Below, in pieces: positions 1 through 14,021 of a stretch of 64,000 nucleotides of DNA. How positions within the stretch are numbered: position 1 is the stretch's first letter; each line of letters begins with the position of its first letter. A program made the translations under genes and the position numbers. Location of the stretch: positions 186,001 through 250,000 of the forward strand of contig JASANG010003338.1 in NCBI GenBank assembly GCA_030248215.1, given 5' to 3'. This DNA comes from Enoplolaimus lenunculus (lineage: Eukaryota). The notes under the pieces were generated by a model. That model did no database searches. It was given only the letters and a program-made list of their open reading frames with translations, and was not told the origin of the DNA.

Positions 1-129
1 CTCTTTCTACCCAACTTTTCACCCGTACGTAAAAGGTACATAAAATTTAAAATTTAATGTATTTTGCTGGCCCCGTCCCCGGTGCCGTGCCTCGGGCCCC
101 AGGTAAAATCCTGGCAACGAGACATCACT

Positions 130-1000
130 ACTTTATAGTACGTATACTTGCTGGCAGTGTATGGTCGACATAGTTTATGACAAAAGTAGTTAGAGGGGTG
201 AACTGCGTTGCGCAGTGGTAGAGCACTTGCCTGGAAATCCGTGTATTGCCGGTTCGAAACCACCCGTAACCAGCTTTTCCAGCTGTTTAATTAAAAAGGT
301 CTGATGTCCCGGACTCCCGGTTCTTACCTAGACTGCCATGAGGGCAACGCCGTGAGCGCAATATAAATTGCCGCGATTTATACACAGCATCCGGTCGAAA
401 ATATTGTGTAATGCAATATAGTGCAGTGCATTGTATGCGTAGTACGCCTGCTGGCAACATACGGTCGACATATAGTCGACGATAGAAGCAGTTGTAGAGG
501 CGCGCTGAGCGGCACAATGGTAGAGCGGTTGCCTCGAAATTCGTATATTGCTGGTTCGAAAAAACCCGTAACCCGCTTTTCCAGCTGTTTAATTAAAAAG
601 GTCAGATGTCCCGGCCTCCCGGTTCTTACCTAAACTGCCATGAGGGCAACGCCGTGAGTGTGATGTAAATTGCCGCGCTTCATACACAGCATCCGGTCGA
701 AAATATGGTAGACGGACAAGGGATGCCTTTGTTGAAACTTGGGACATGTAAGCAGGTAAGACATGCAAGTATGTTATGCGCCCATGCAATAAAGTGCAGT
801 GCATTGTATGCGTAGTACGCTTGCTGGCAGCATACGGTTGACATATAGTCGACGACAGAAGCAGTTGCAGAGACGGGCTGAGTGGCACAGTGGTAGAGCA
901 CTTGCCTCGGATCCGTAGGTCGCCAGTTCGAAACCACCCACAGCCCGCTCTTCTAACTACTTGAAAAAGGTCCGAAGTCCCGGTTCCTACCAAAACTGAT
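130..1000 (+). repeat. Tandem array of three diverged ~300-370 bp units, each with a tRNA-like Pol III core
   Basis: Three copies of ...gcNcagtggtagagcacttgcct...ggttcgaaac(c)... at ~209-262, ~510-562 and ~883-937, followed by shared flank (aaaaaggtc.gatgtcccgg.ctcccggttcttacct). A-box (TGGCACAGTGG) and B-box (GTTCGAAAC) are present. Copy 3 has a gggctg/cagccc closing stem. The anticodon arm does not pair. The overlapping minus-strand ORFs are repeat-derived. Confidence 0.85.
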
Positions 1001-4000
1001 GGTTATACGTATATAACTACAACAGCACTAATCTGATTCATATGAAAGAGCAAAGTTCCGTTGATGACGTGTATATTCACACCTGTACCACAAACGAAAC
1101 TTGTTGGCGCTCGTTCGGTTTAGAGGGAAAATAAGGGAACCAGAATTTTGCGAAAATTGTGATACATTCGTTCACAGCCCAACATGAGGATTCCAAAAAT
1201 ATGCAATTTGACTAAATTCCGAAAAAAATTTTTTTCGAAACTTTCATAAGAGAGGGACACGTGTGAAAAAATAGAAAAATAAGTTAAGTATCATTTACGG
1301 ATGTGCAGTTTAAATGGCATCGGTTTCGGTAATAATCGGCACTTTTCGTGAGTATCTTCCGGCACTGAAAAAAATTGCCGATTCTTAGATTGCAGATATT
1401 TTTTGCACATAAGAGTCAGCTGGAAGTCTATCAATCGATTCCTTGCCGTATGTCAGTTTGTCTGATCAGGAAAACTGTTATCTCTGGTGATTTTGTGTTT
1501 GAAAAAATTAATTGAAATGAACCTCTCTCATAAAATTATAATCGTTTATAGTGGTTGGGGCTTATATCTTCGCATAATGACATAATGTAGTATCCTATCT
1601 GTTCGTTAAGCATGATGTACTAAAGTTGAATTCGCATCGGCATCGGTTCGGCATCGATATTGGTTCGGCATCGGCAAACATTCAAAATAAGAATCTTTTG
1701 GAACATATCGGCAGAGGGCACATCCCTAGCATCATTTGAACTGTCTAAAAGTTATAGTTTCAATGCGAGAAGCTCCTCACTCTTGATAGTTTATATTTTT
1801 TGTTTACAATACACGTTTAAGTTTTCCAAATAACTTTTTTCGTTCTCCTTACCAAGCAGCTATACATCACGTACCGTGCGTAACGTACTATGTATACACT
1901 AGGGTGCAACCGGAAATCCGGTTTCAATTCCGGTAAAATTTTACTAGAATTAGAAATTCCGGCATTAAATTGTGGTCAGTGGAACTATACTAAAAATGAC
2001 GATAAAATAAAATAAATTTTGTTAGTACAGTACATAAACCTTGACAACCGACGAAATTAAACCATCGAAGGTAGATTTCGCTACCGCTTAAGTGAATACC
2101 TATCTCCAACAAGTGATATTTCACCAATAGTATTGCATTCCGGTAATTTTATCAAATTCCGATTCCGATAAATTGTAGTTCCGGTTACAACCAGGTATAG
2201 CCCCCTAGAATGAAAAACACAAATAACAACACGCAAAGATGCTTACCATCGGACACAGTAACAAATATACAAGTTAGGATGCCAAGTGCCGTGATCCAGA
2301 ACTTCATTTCGCTTTGTTAAAATATTTTGAAATATTGTTTCATGCTGAAAACAACGCGTCAATGACACATCAGTGTTGAAAATATAAAAGATAATACTAA
2401 CGATGACAACATATAACTTTAGCACTTAATAGTTGTTTTCTTGAAAGCAAGTCAAATTAGACTTTTTTGCGACACCGACAATTAATACTCTTCCAGATGA
2501 TTTCATTATTATTATTATTATTATGCACCGGAATTTCGCACCTAGCTAAGTTTTTCCCAACATCACATTATTGATTAACTTGTAAGTAGACTGAAGGAAT
2601 TTCTTTTATAAAAAGGAATGAATTTTTATAATAGACCTTTATTTGTTTGTTTTTGCTGCAGATAATAGCTAAACAAGTACACATTAGAAGACTAATAAAC
2701 TACTCACGTTTTCTTAAACAACGATGAAAATAAAGCTTTTTTCAAATCATGAAATTAAAGGTAGTTTCACTTCGTGGCGTTTATGTTGCTATATAATTGT
2801 CAGCTGAACTGACTGTATCACAGAGAAAGCGAAGAATTCGTGACATCATCAATTCGGTATTTGTAATCATATAATTTCGAATCTAAAACGTTTTATAGCT
2901 GAAGTTTGAAATGTTGCTTATTGTTACCATTTTATTATCAATGTTCAGATTAGAACCACTAGTTAATACAACTTTGGTGTCGGTGCAATATATACTTAGC
3001 ATATACCCTTAGGAGAAACCTTGCTTGAGTCGTAAAAAACTAAGTCTACCTCTGACTTTGAACTATTTCGGTCTTTAAACCTGAATACTTTGCTGATTTA
3101 CTGTATCGATAATGCCCGACATATAACTTAACAACTACAGAATTTGAGTAAGTGTCTACAAGAAAATCGAAGAGAAAGTCATGTCTTAGCAACCAAGCCT
3201 TTTTTACCAATTCAAGGTGTCAAATTACTCTCCGTCTGAGTCAAATTTGACCACACCATTCTAGACCGCGCAATTTAATGCTGCCACTTTTATAGTTCTG
3301 ATCAAAAATCAGCATTGATCGTGGGTACCAGCTTTAAGTAACAGATAAAAATGAAAAGTTATCAGCCAGCATAGTTTCCTGATGGCACTTTTGCGTTTTA
3401 ATGTGAGCATGTATATGAACATAGGTGTCGCCACTATACGGATTTCGGTCCATGTGGCTTTTTAGGGCCGTCTCGGTTTTCCGTGGGACCGTAAGAGTGA
3501 CTTGAGTTTAAAGGCTACATTTTTTGTTAGACGTAGGACTCAGTTAAAACTTTAGGTTTAAGCTTTATGAAGGACAAAGCATTGTGGTATTAGCGTTCAT
3601 CAGAATCGTTTTCTTTCGTATTTCACGTCCACGTCCGAAATGCTACTGGTTTTTTCTTTAATCAGCTTTTTGAACACAAAATTAGATTAAACCATCATAG
3701 ACAATGCTGGAACAAAATGTTGGTTAACTCACTTATAGTGGCCTTCCAATGACCAGCTCTAGATATCTCTAAAAATTTAATATGTTGTACGCAGCAAGAC
3801 AGATTGTTCCGTGCTGCTCGGGGAAAATATTGGCCTATATACTCGACCTAGATTGCACATGGCACGTGTAAAAAATACCACATTCAACCAAAGTTGGACA
3901 TTACCAATCCCGGGTCGTGTAAAGAATTTCAGGCGTGGGTATACCCGCGGGTAAAGATTTGTATCACGCGGGTAAAAAATTGGCAGATCTTACCCGCGCC

Positions 4001-4319
4001 AACTTTCAATATGTTAACGTTCAAAACGTACGCTTGTAGGTGGCTGTGCCACTCCTAAATATATTTCAATCTAAAAACTAAAACAAAACTAAATCTAAAT
4101 CCTAAACTACACCTTAAGGGAATCCCCGGCTCCGCCTAGTCTCTCTTAGAACTTAAATAAGGCTCAGGCGTTGCTATAAACGGCGTAAAATTTTTAAATC
4201 TATGCATAGCGGCTGCTTCCGCAAGGTAAAGTTATCAGAGGCCCTGGGTGGCCATTTAATATATATTGTTGCCGGCTCAATTCGTGAAATCGGATAGCTA
4301 GGGGTAGGGAGGAGACATA

Positions 4320-4348
4320 TTGTTGTTGTCGTTGTTGTTGTTGTTGTG
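4320..4348. repeat. (GTT)n microsatellite
   Basis: ttgttgttgtcgttgttgttgttgttgtg read directly. Confidence 0.85.
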
Positions 4349-4977
4349 TTTTTTGTAATGGCGAATTCAGGTGTCCCTAAGGTGTCTGAGACTCCCGGTA
4401 CATCCAAATATATGAAAATTAACAAAACATGGGGGCACGTGCGGAAAGCACATAAACAAAGGAACTTTTAGAGCCTTCGGTGGAATAAGGTCGATAGTCT
4501 AAGTATTATACTTGTATATTCATATTGGTGCCTTACTTGTATAGCTTTAACCGAAATCACGAACTATTCACAACGCTAGTAACTACTTAGTTAGTCAGCG
4601 AGCGTTGAAAACCGGAGAATTCTAAGCTTGTGAGAGCTATTAAGTTTCAGCGATTATTAAACAATCATTGACTTAATGTCTTCGTCAGTAGATGGTAATA
4701 AAATTGAAAAAAACTAATTTTGGTCTGGTTCGGCACAAGAAATTGAAGTATAAAAATTTCCAAAATGTTTCATTTTTCTGCTAACACAGTTGAGGCGCGC
4801 ATATATCCACCGGTCTTTTAAAAATTTTAACGAAAAAATGCTTATATTTCGTTTGGAACAATTGCAGTCCATCTGTAGCAAGAAATTATGATATATACGT
4901 GATTTATAACTAATTACAGAATTTCTGTTATTTCTATGACGGATTCGAAAACGGACACCGATTTTTACCGGAAACGG

Positions 4978-5292
4978 TTACCCGGTTACACTCTGGCAAA
5001 TAGGCATCTGATATTCATAGCAGCTAAATATTGCTGAGAACAACGCATGTCGGTGCAATATATAAAGCGGGGTTGTAATGCCATCATTCAGATAACGATT
5101 GGTGTGAAGTAGTTTGAGTAAGCTTCCAGTTGTTGCGTATAACGTGATATGGTCTGTTTTACTTCTGGTCAGATGCTGTCCAATGTAATATACCAGTGCT
5201 TCATTTAGTTGGGTTTCAAATTTTGTTTCTAGTAAACTTTCATGTGTAAATTCATAACCGTAAAACTTCATTAAAGTGCGAATCACCAACAA
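4978..5292 (-). CDS. Possible internal exon of an unidentified gene
   Basis: 104-codon open frame with protein-like composition, a possible acceptor (ctaaag) upstream and a possible donor (CCG|GTAACC) near 4981. No recognisable homology and no exon chain established. Confidence 0.25.
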   Translation of the reverse strand: MLVIRTLMKFYGYEFTHESLLETKFETQLNEALVYYIGQHLTRSKTDHITLYATTGSLLKLLHTNRYLNDGITTPLYILHRHALFSAIFSCYEYQMPICQSVTG

Positions 5293-5673
5293 TCTTTAGT
5301 AGATCTCTTTGACGCGGGTGTTCCCGCGGGTAAGAAATTCATATTTGCGTCGGTAAAGCGCGAGTCGGGTAAAAAATCCTTACCCACTTCTAACTTTGTA
5401 TTCAACTGCTGAAAAAATTCTCGACGAAAATATATAGCTGTCCCACTTTCCCATTTTTTCAACAAAAATATATCAGTCCAGTTTGCCACAGGCTCGTAGA
5501 CACGAGTTGACGTTTTGCTACGCCCTATTCACTTCAGAGTTTCTCTTGTTGATGTAAAAAGCGTCTTAAAAGATGATAAAGAAACCGAGACGAGCGTTTC
5601 AAGTAGCGTATTTATTTTCGACATGATTCTTCAATAGTTCGTTTTACTAACAAAATAAGCTAAAGTATAATCA

Positions 5674-7936
5674 CTAATTAAATTTCTTTTCATTTGCTGC
5701 GGCGTTTTGATTGATATAAAATGTAGATGCAAAAATCAGCGACGAAATCGCAAACCCCATGTAGATAATGAATTTAAAACCGAAAATCGAATTGCCAACG
5801 CTGCCAATCAATGGACCTCCAACTGAAATTAATGACAGAATTGCGTTCGATAAACCAAACGCGACACCACTTTGTGAACTGTCGACCAATTGTGCTATAA
5901 AGCTGTCTGCAGTGGTTTGACACAATCCCATTGCAAATATTGTAAACAGCTGAATGATGTATAATTGTGAAAAACTTGAGTAAAAACAAAAACCAGCGTA
6001 CGATGTTGCGAACGACAATGACGATAATTGAAATACTTTTCGAATAGAAAGTCCCGCTTTAATTCTTGGTACAATCAACGCCAAGTTGCCTACCATGGCT
6101 ACACCCATCGCGGCGGCGAAAACAGACACTTCCGATTGGTTAACTTCAAGCACTTTAATGTTGTACATGCTTAAGATTGGATCTTGAATCATCATCGGAG
6201 CTATGGCAGTCGCTTTTATTACCATAATAAGCAGAAGCTTAAAATTAGCAATGTTTAATATGTATTGCAAGTTAAAAAACTGCTATTGCGTACCCGAGCT
6301 CATCTTGGCTTCATTTTAGTGCCACATTAAGGTCAAAAGTTGTGCTACACTTTTTAAGGCGATATTCCACGATATTTGGCGGGCGTTCGGTAGCTTTAAA
6401 GTTGGTCGCGCTAAATGCGGAACAAGTTTTCGTCATATTTTGTCATTCAAATGATTTTAAACGACACGTATTTTAGGTAGTGGCAAAAAACTTCACAAGG
6501 ACGTACCAATGATTTGGATACGCGCGCTCTCACGTGTTACCATACTACACCGACCGTACCAACTGTTCACGATTGAACTTTAGCGAATAATACTAAGAAA
6601 CTCGCATCATGAAAACATTTCCTCGGTGTACGATTGTTTTACTGATTAGGTGAACGAGTCCTGGATGCATCGCCAAAATTAACTAAATTTTTTGCTTTTA
6701 GTAACCGTGCACTTGACATTATGTACATGAATAAAAAAACTAAATTCTCGCGCGATGCGCAAACTTTTTTCGTTCTTATGTTAACAAGATGAAAACGGCG
6801 AACAATCGAAACTTTTTTCGATCATAGACTGGCCCCGTGGTTACACTGCCTCACCAATATGAGGTTTCGAAGGTGCTGCCCACGACACAACTTATGTGCA
6901 ATTTAATTGTTAAATTGTCGATGACAGAGACCGAAGCGAAATAGCCTAGTCTGCTCAAATATGTAATAGACACTCAGACAATTTGCATAAGTACCTAGAC
7001 TATTAAACAACGGACGCAACAATCCACAAGAACGCTTCGGAACAAGTGTGAGTTCTGTCCAAAAGAAAGAATAAGGGTCTGGGATCCAACTAGCATGATG
7101 TGACTTAAAAATAAATAACAGTGGGTAACTGAAAAACCGGCGGTATTCTCTGGAGAGGCAAACAAAACATCAGACTCCACTCTTATTCGGGTGACTACCG
7201 CATCTTTGCAGGATACCTGAAACAACTTCACTGTCGCCATTAATGTAACCAAACTAAACAAAAACCGTTATCGTAAAAGAAAATCTACTTGACATACCTG
7301 AGGCCGTTGCATCAATTCAATATAACTCTTGATTATACCTGACTCTTGTGAGTGTTTTGTAGAACCATCTTGGTTGTCGCCTTTGCTCTTATTAACTGTG
7401 TTAGGAACTTTTTGAACAATTGTCAAAATGACCACAGCACTTAAAATACTGCATCCGTAGAATAAACCAGAAGTGCCCAAGAAATGGCTCAGAGCGCCGC
7501 CAATAATAGGACCTGCGATCATACCTATTCCAAACCCTGCTCCTAACTTTTCAATTCCGTCTTCTTTTTCAGCGGGTGTCGACGCTAATTTTGGAATTGC
7601 CGCTTGCGCAGCAGCCATACCTAATGCCCAAAATGCTGCCAGTCGGCCAAGAAGCATAAAATGAATGCAATTTGCGAATCCTGTCAGCGCATACAAGACA
7701 GACCAGCTGCCAAATGTTATTGTGAACGCCGTGCGCACGCTGAATCGATCACAAATACGTCCGAAAGTCGGGTTTCCAAATAGTTGAGCGAAAGCGAACG
7801 CGGTTGCTAAGTAACTTAGTTGCGTTTCTGACAAACCAAGCTCTGAAGCTTTGTAGGGCATATTGATCATTTGAGTGATAAACATTGCCGCATCAAGGCT
7901 TGTAAGCAAGATTACTAGCTTGATGTTACAGTTCAT
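5674..7936 (-). CDS. SLC22A18: MFS transporter, SLC22A18/TetA-like, 2 exons (~400 aa)
   Basis: Exon 1 is 7936-7298 (ATG MNCNIK..., MFS motif A GRICDRFSVR, LLGRLAAF, motif C GFGIGMIAGPIIGGAL, donor CAG|GTATGT). Exon 2 is 6237-5674 (acceptor ttttaag|CTT, phase 0) with six further hydrophobic helices and GPLIGS. Symbol denotes family resemblance only. Confidence 0.85.
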
Positions 7937-10491
7937 TGTGGAACGATCAGGCAATTGCAAAACTATTGTACTTAAAATAGTGAAATTTTACTGCTAACCC
8001 TAAACAAGATGTATCGGTTTGATTTAACTGGAATTCAAATACGGCATATTTGGAGGTACACAGATATTACAGAATTGATTGCATACAGAAAATATCTTCT
8101 TAATTCCAATCAAACATGGTTACAACAGACAGCGGTGAAATATCGGCAAGCGGCAGTGGAAAACGCAGTAAATTTTCGAACAGAGTAGTAAACTATAAAA
8201 GTGCAAGCATCCAACTGATAACAATATAAATACGTCCAAACAGCCTGTCTTGGGCAAAACTTACTTCAAAACGTATTTTAAACATATCTAGGCAAACTGC
8301 ATAACGCGTCCACCACATCTGGCATTTATAGTGTTATTTATGCGATTTCTAGTGTTTTTCTAATCTTGCTCGGTCGCAGTTGGAAATTTAAAACGGATAG
8401 CGGATTACTTACTTTTTTCGTGTTTTTGACTGTTCTTATCAGTCCTTGTATGGTCAAAAATAAGATTCGAGTCAGAAATTTTGACATGTATCAGCATTCA
8501 GCTTATCAATTCATTCTCAAAATGTCCTCAAAAGTGCACCAGGCGATCGAAAGATTTTCAGTTTATTGGTTTAAAAACTTGAACGCAATTTGACACTGTC
8601 TGCAAGCGTAGTTATAATAATCAAATGAATATAGCTGGATTCAACGCGTACTCTTTAAGTTGTGGTAAAAAAGTTACAGAGGCGCTGCATGTTCTGGCTA
8701 TTTTAATGGTGTCGGCTGCCGTCCGGCGTCAATTCGTGCCGTCATTTACCGTATGGTGCGGTACGTTAACGCATGCGAATCGCTGGACTACGGCACCGGT
8801 TAGCCATTTGTAAATAAATTGTTTTTGGGGGCGCCGCTTGAGAAGTATATATACAACGCCAACTATGAAATCAGCAAGACTGTCTTCTAAACAGATTTCA
8901 AAACGGAAACTATACATCGAATCACAACAAATCTATATAAAGCACCAGTCAAATTGTCATTCCTGCCAAAATGTATAAGTTGGTAATCTGCTTTGGTAAA
9001 TTTGTTGAGACCGTGAGCGATTCATCGGTGCGATGGGGAATATAATGGGAATTTAACCTTTTTGAACAACGTACTTATGTACCGCGCACTCAAAGCTGTG
9101 TTCGCTGTTCTGGATTACGTTTGACTACACAATACCAGATACATATTACTCTCTGGGAAATCAATAACTGCTGGACGATTGACAGGCACGAACCTGGGGA
9201 CAATTTTTGATATCAGAAATTTTTCGATAACATTAATATTTCAACTTGCGCCCTGTATCACTCATAGGTATTTTAACTTTGGTTTGAAAGTTGGCGAAAC
9301 TGAAAACAAACCAACGTGTACCCGTCGGTAAATATAAAAACAAAAAATTTTAAAACAGCTTGTTTATTTTATACATAAACATTTAAAAAAACACTTGCTG
9401 CTAAATTTAAAAAAACGTCTGGTATGTTAGCTGACTATTTTAACCCGAAATTATAAAGTCTATTGTACAAACCCTGTTTTCACTGCCTATTCGTTAATAT
9501 ATGGGTTATACCTACAAATATTAACAGTAAAATTCAATAGGAGCTACTCAAAGTTTTTCCAAAATATCATTTTGAAACATTTATGCCGTTAATTGTTTCC
9601 TCTCATGATTTTCATGATGAATGCCGCTAACAACTTGGTAGTAATAAAATTTCAAACGTAAATGCAAAACAAAAGGCTGCGTCCTTGCACTTTTCAAATG
9701 CTGCAAATTTACGCTCTTAAACGAGGTTTGGAACCGGTGCGGTTTTTAGGCAGAATCGGAGCTCAGACGGAACCCATCATCCTTGACCAAGACTTTCCCA
9801 GAACGGGCCCGGTCATACAGTACAGTTTTAAGTTTTTGACGAGGAAACAACAATAAAATTTGATATTAACCTAAAGTTTCGGGCTCTTTTCGAATATTTC
9901 CTCATATACCCAAACATGATTCGATTTTGAACATGTTTTTCTTTTTGAGCTTTTCATGACCTCCGCTGCTCATTCCACACACAATAAAAATTTTTGTAAA
10001 AATTCGATTTTTTTTGGGGTCTTAAGGGCTTCCTTTTGTATGAAACTTGTTTGTGAATAAGTAAAAGCTTAAAAAATTGCATTTTTCAAAAATTCAAATT
10101 TCGCTGCAGAATGATCATAAGATTCAAAGATTTTCATACCGACTGGTTTTTGGGCGAATACCAGCTGAGAAAAATAACACACAACTTCCGTACATATAGT
10201 TTGCGGAAAAGCTGCTAAAAATTATACTTTTCGTGCGCATCTGCCATGTTTAACAATATTAAAATCGACGAATCATGGGCTAGTTCTTAGTCTGTTTCGT
10301 TTATCGAAACAACCGTAAAACTTAACTAACCCTAGGAAAAAATAAAAAATCTTGGCATATAGTACTCTGCAAGGTTAACAGTGTGGACAACAAAGGTTCA
10401 GCCCGTGACAAAAAGTTTGACCTCCTACAAAAGTTCTAACCTCGCTTCTAAGCAATACGAAGTCATTGCATGCTCTACATACTCTTACTAC

Positions 10492-10849
10492 TCAGTGCAA
10501 AGGTAACTCAGGATTCAATGGTGGCCCTGACCCCGGGTATATATCATTATATGGCGGAGATAAAGGCTCCGAACTTGAAAACGAATGAATAACGAATGAT
10601 TCGCAGTCGTAATCAACTTGAAGATTTCGGAAATCGCTCAAAATTCGCAATTTATCGGCATGAAACGCTTGTCGTGTTGAATCTTTTTCAATTAAATCGT
10701 ATCGGCAACATAAATCGTAACGGCTGTATTCAGTGTAGTTGACGTGCCGCGATGTAAGAAACGCCATAGTTTCAGGCAACGTTTCCGGATCACTTATAAG
10801 TTGTTCGGTAAACAGATGATATTTCATATCCAACACTACGTTATGCTGC
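10492..10849 (-). CDS. Probable terminal exon of an unidentified gene
   Basis: Acceptor ttgtttatag|G at 10850/10849 opens a frame of ~118 codons (QHNVVLDMKYHLFTEQ...PELPLH*). Upstream exons were not confidently identified and no family was recognised. Confidence 0.4.
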
Positions 10850-13134
10850 CTATAAACAAGAAGCCGTATTTCTGAGATGTGTGTAGCATCTATAACCAGT
10901 TTAGTTGGGTTTCAAGCGAGCGAACTGTGGCATATGCTGAACTGAAAAACTGCACACGTGTAGATTGCTTCAAATGCGAAAAGCGCGCTAAATTACCAAT
11001 CTTATAATTGTCTGGTTTTTGAGACGGTTTGGTGGCCTTCTTTTAAAAATTCATATAAGACAAAGTGTACCCTCACAGGTAGAAGATTGATCTGCTGTTG
11101 TGAGGTAACTTTGCTAACCGATCTAACAACTCCATATGTGACACCAAACCCCGTGCCATACCTAATCCGTGAAAATAGCAGTTACATTTTAGGAAATAAT
11201 CATTGTCATCAGTTTATGTTAATTCTATGCAATTATTTATTTAGTACAGTTGTAGTCTGAATTTAGCAATCGGGTGTAAACGAATAAACAAATTATATAT
11301 TCTTAAATCCTTATGAAATCCATCTTCTGAGTGCTGTGTTATTTTTGCCTCTACGCCCAGCTTCTATTTTTGTGTGCCCCATCTCACTGACTCTTCCAAA
11401 CGCTGCTGGTAATACGTTACAAAGCCTATTACCAATTCGTAATAAATACTACACACACTTGAGAATACGGCAAAGCAATGATTACAGTAGCGTTAGCTTT
11501 GTTAGAATATATTTTATGCAATCTGGTGGCTAGGTATTGCTTTTCATGCTTTGCGTCAAATCTTAGTTTCAATTGGGATGGAAAAATTAGAAAGTTTTGT
11601 TTTAGTTATATTTTGAGCTTTGTTCTACTAAACTATAAAACAAAGCCGGATAAAAATCGAAATTTTGCTGCAACAAAAATAATCACTCCATTAAAGGTAA
11701 AATAACTTTTCAAACTAAAATCTGCTAAAAAGCATAATATGCACGTTCGTGAAATTTTTCCTCATTTTTGACAAAAATTAATGTATTTATGAAACCTAAA
11801 AGTCCATATTGTCAGCCGTGTATAGGGTCTATCACAAGTTGTTGATAGGTCTTGTAACTTTCGAAAAGGTGAATGTTTGGACTCAAACTTCAGCATAATT
11901 TTTCGTATTTGATTTGCTTTACTCCTGCAACCGTTTTTGAGTTCAACACCTGCAAGAGTTACTGAGTTTAAAAACGTATTACAAACTGATGATACACACA
12001 AAAAAGTATTTCTGAATTTATTCAGAAAAGTGTTTTCTGTGGTAAATCTGAAAAGTTTTGCTGATATTTAAGACAATTTTTCTAAAAATAACTGGAAAAC
12101 GGTTATTTTCAGACTTTATTTCAAAACGTTCTTTGAAAACATTTCTGTTATAACAGAAACACTTTTCAAGTTCACCTTGCTAATCGTATTTCTCAAATGT
12201 AAGAAATTTTTTCTTAAATATCAGAAATATTATTTTGAGTGTAGTTGTTACACACGTTTGTGAATACGGGCTCAAGTTTTAAATGTGCACCAGAAAACGA
12301 TCGATTTCAGTTGAGTTTTTAAATACAGATTGAATCAAATGTTAAAATCCGTGGTCAGGCTTACTTAATTTTAACAGTCACGTTGACGAATTTAAAATCA
12401 AGCATCAAATCGTTAAACTTGCTAATATCGTGTCGCAGTATTTTAATCGTTAACTCTCTGTAATCAGAAGGCCAAACGGAGCACGTAACGAGTTTACTGT
12501 CCGACGTTTTCATCTCGTCAGGATTATCAGGAAGAAGTTGTACTGCGAAGCTCTCGTAAAGATTCTATAAAATAGCAACTCTGCTAATTAAAGAAATGGA
12601 TATTTACGCCACCAACTCAAATTTTGGCCCATGTAAAGAATAAGGCTTAGCGTACGTAGATACGTGGGGCCTGAGAGACTTTGAAAGTCTGAAACTTAGG
12701 ATTGGCTTAGAATTACTTCGCGTTTATATATAAGACACAACGTTGTTTCATTATTTTATGGAAGATGCCTCATGCGAACATCCGTTGTTCGGATCATGTA
12801 CAAAGCATTCTAAGCTAACATTAATAAAATATCTTTTTCCAGTTTCAAAACACTTCTACAGTTTATGATGGGACAGTATATAACGACGATTTCGCAAGTG
12901 AAGTGACGGACTCGTAGTTAAAGGGGGGGGCAGTAGGGTTTAGCCCTCCTCCATGAAAAGTTTGGCCCCCCTAGAAAATTTTCAACCTTGCTTGTAAGTC
13001 ATTGAAAATTCTTGAATGCCCCTTCTATAAAATTTTAAGCCCACCATAGCAAGGTGTGCTGGCTACGGGGTTGTGAACCGAGTGAGAAACTTAGCAAATT
13101 TTAAGCGCATTTTCAGGTTTAGTAAAGTGAACTG

Positions 13135-13608
13135 TTACAAATCATGCGTATTTACCGAGCTTAATGCAGGATTATCACACCCGCGCCACATACGCTCAAC
13201 TTGAAATAGAATCCATTCTTCCGGTTCAAAACTCGCCGAACTAATCGAACATCCTTTCCATTGATTTGACGCAAACGCCCGCGGATCCTGTGAATGAATA
13301 ATGTAACGTCGGTGATGGGGTTCGTCAAAATTTGGTCCAAACTCAAATTCACAACAAACATCGTTCGACTGTGGATGACCCCACTTTCGAAGATCAACAT
13401 ACTTGACCGCGAGAGTTTCTGTGCAGCCTGGTGGAATATGGTCAGGTATTGTGATAACGGCACACGGATACAAGCCGCACTGTGCAGGATCTACTTGTAC
13501 ACCTTGGTATAAAAATAGATGACTATGTGGAAAGATATCGCTTATTGATTTGGTTATCATCAGATGCGTGGCAAGTAAAGTAAACCATACAGCAGCGTTA
13601 CAACTCAT
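13135..13608 (-). CDS. Single-exon secreted Cys-rich orphan protein (157 aa)
   Basis: True ATG in aaaATG context, signal-peptide-like N-terminus (MSCNAAVWFTLLATHLMITKSIS), 7 further Cys, TATAAAT about 30 bp upstream of the ATG (~13640-13634). No recognised family. Confidence 0.6.
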   Translation of the reverse strand: MSCNAAVWFTLLATHLMITKSISDIFPHSHLFLYQGVQVDPAQCGLYPCAVITIPDHIPPGCTETLAVKYVDLRKWGHPQSNDVCCEFEFGPNFDEPHHRRYIIHSQDPRAFASNQWKGCSISSASFEPEEWILFQVERMWRGCDNPALSSVNTHDL

Positions 13609-13770
13609 TTTGAACTTTAGGTTTAAATATAATATTTATATGAGAAATATCAATGGTTCAATGGTAAGTAATCTGCTGCAAATGAATAATTTAACAAAAA
13701 TAAATGGCGTGCAACATCTGAAAATCAGAGTGAATTCGATTGATTCTGCAAAGCGAGCGCAGCCAGAGAG

Positions 13771-14021
13771 TACACTGAAAATTCCAGTGAACCGATTTTA
13801 ACTCAGAATGAGTGGAATCACTGAGCTTGAATTGGGACATTTAGAATTCAGAATTGTGAATTGATTGAACTCATTCTGAGTTTACATAAAAAACTTATCA
13901 AGAATTGACTCAATTAAGAGTGAGAATCAACATAGAGTAAGTTAATGTTTACTGATATTAGATAAGAAATAACAAACCGTTAGCAGAGTTGACTAGTCAA
14001 CTCATTGGAGTTTACTGTGTA
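13771..14021. mobile_element. MITE-like element with imperfect TIRs and internal actc/gagt motifs
   Basis: tacactgaaaattccagtga at 13771 is the imperfect reverse complement of ...tcattggagtttactgtgta ending at 14021. TA at both ends. Confidence 0.6.

Noticed and set aside
54..993. Overlapping ORFs of 69-134 aa
   Set aside because: They are translations of the tandem repeat, with inconsistent frames between copies.
130..1000. CRISPR-like array or functional tRNA cluster
   Set aside because: Units are ~300 bp with homologous rather than unique spacers, there are no cas genes, the context is eukaryotic, and the anticodon arms do not pair.
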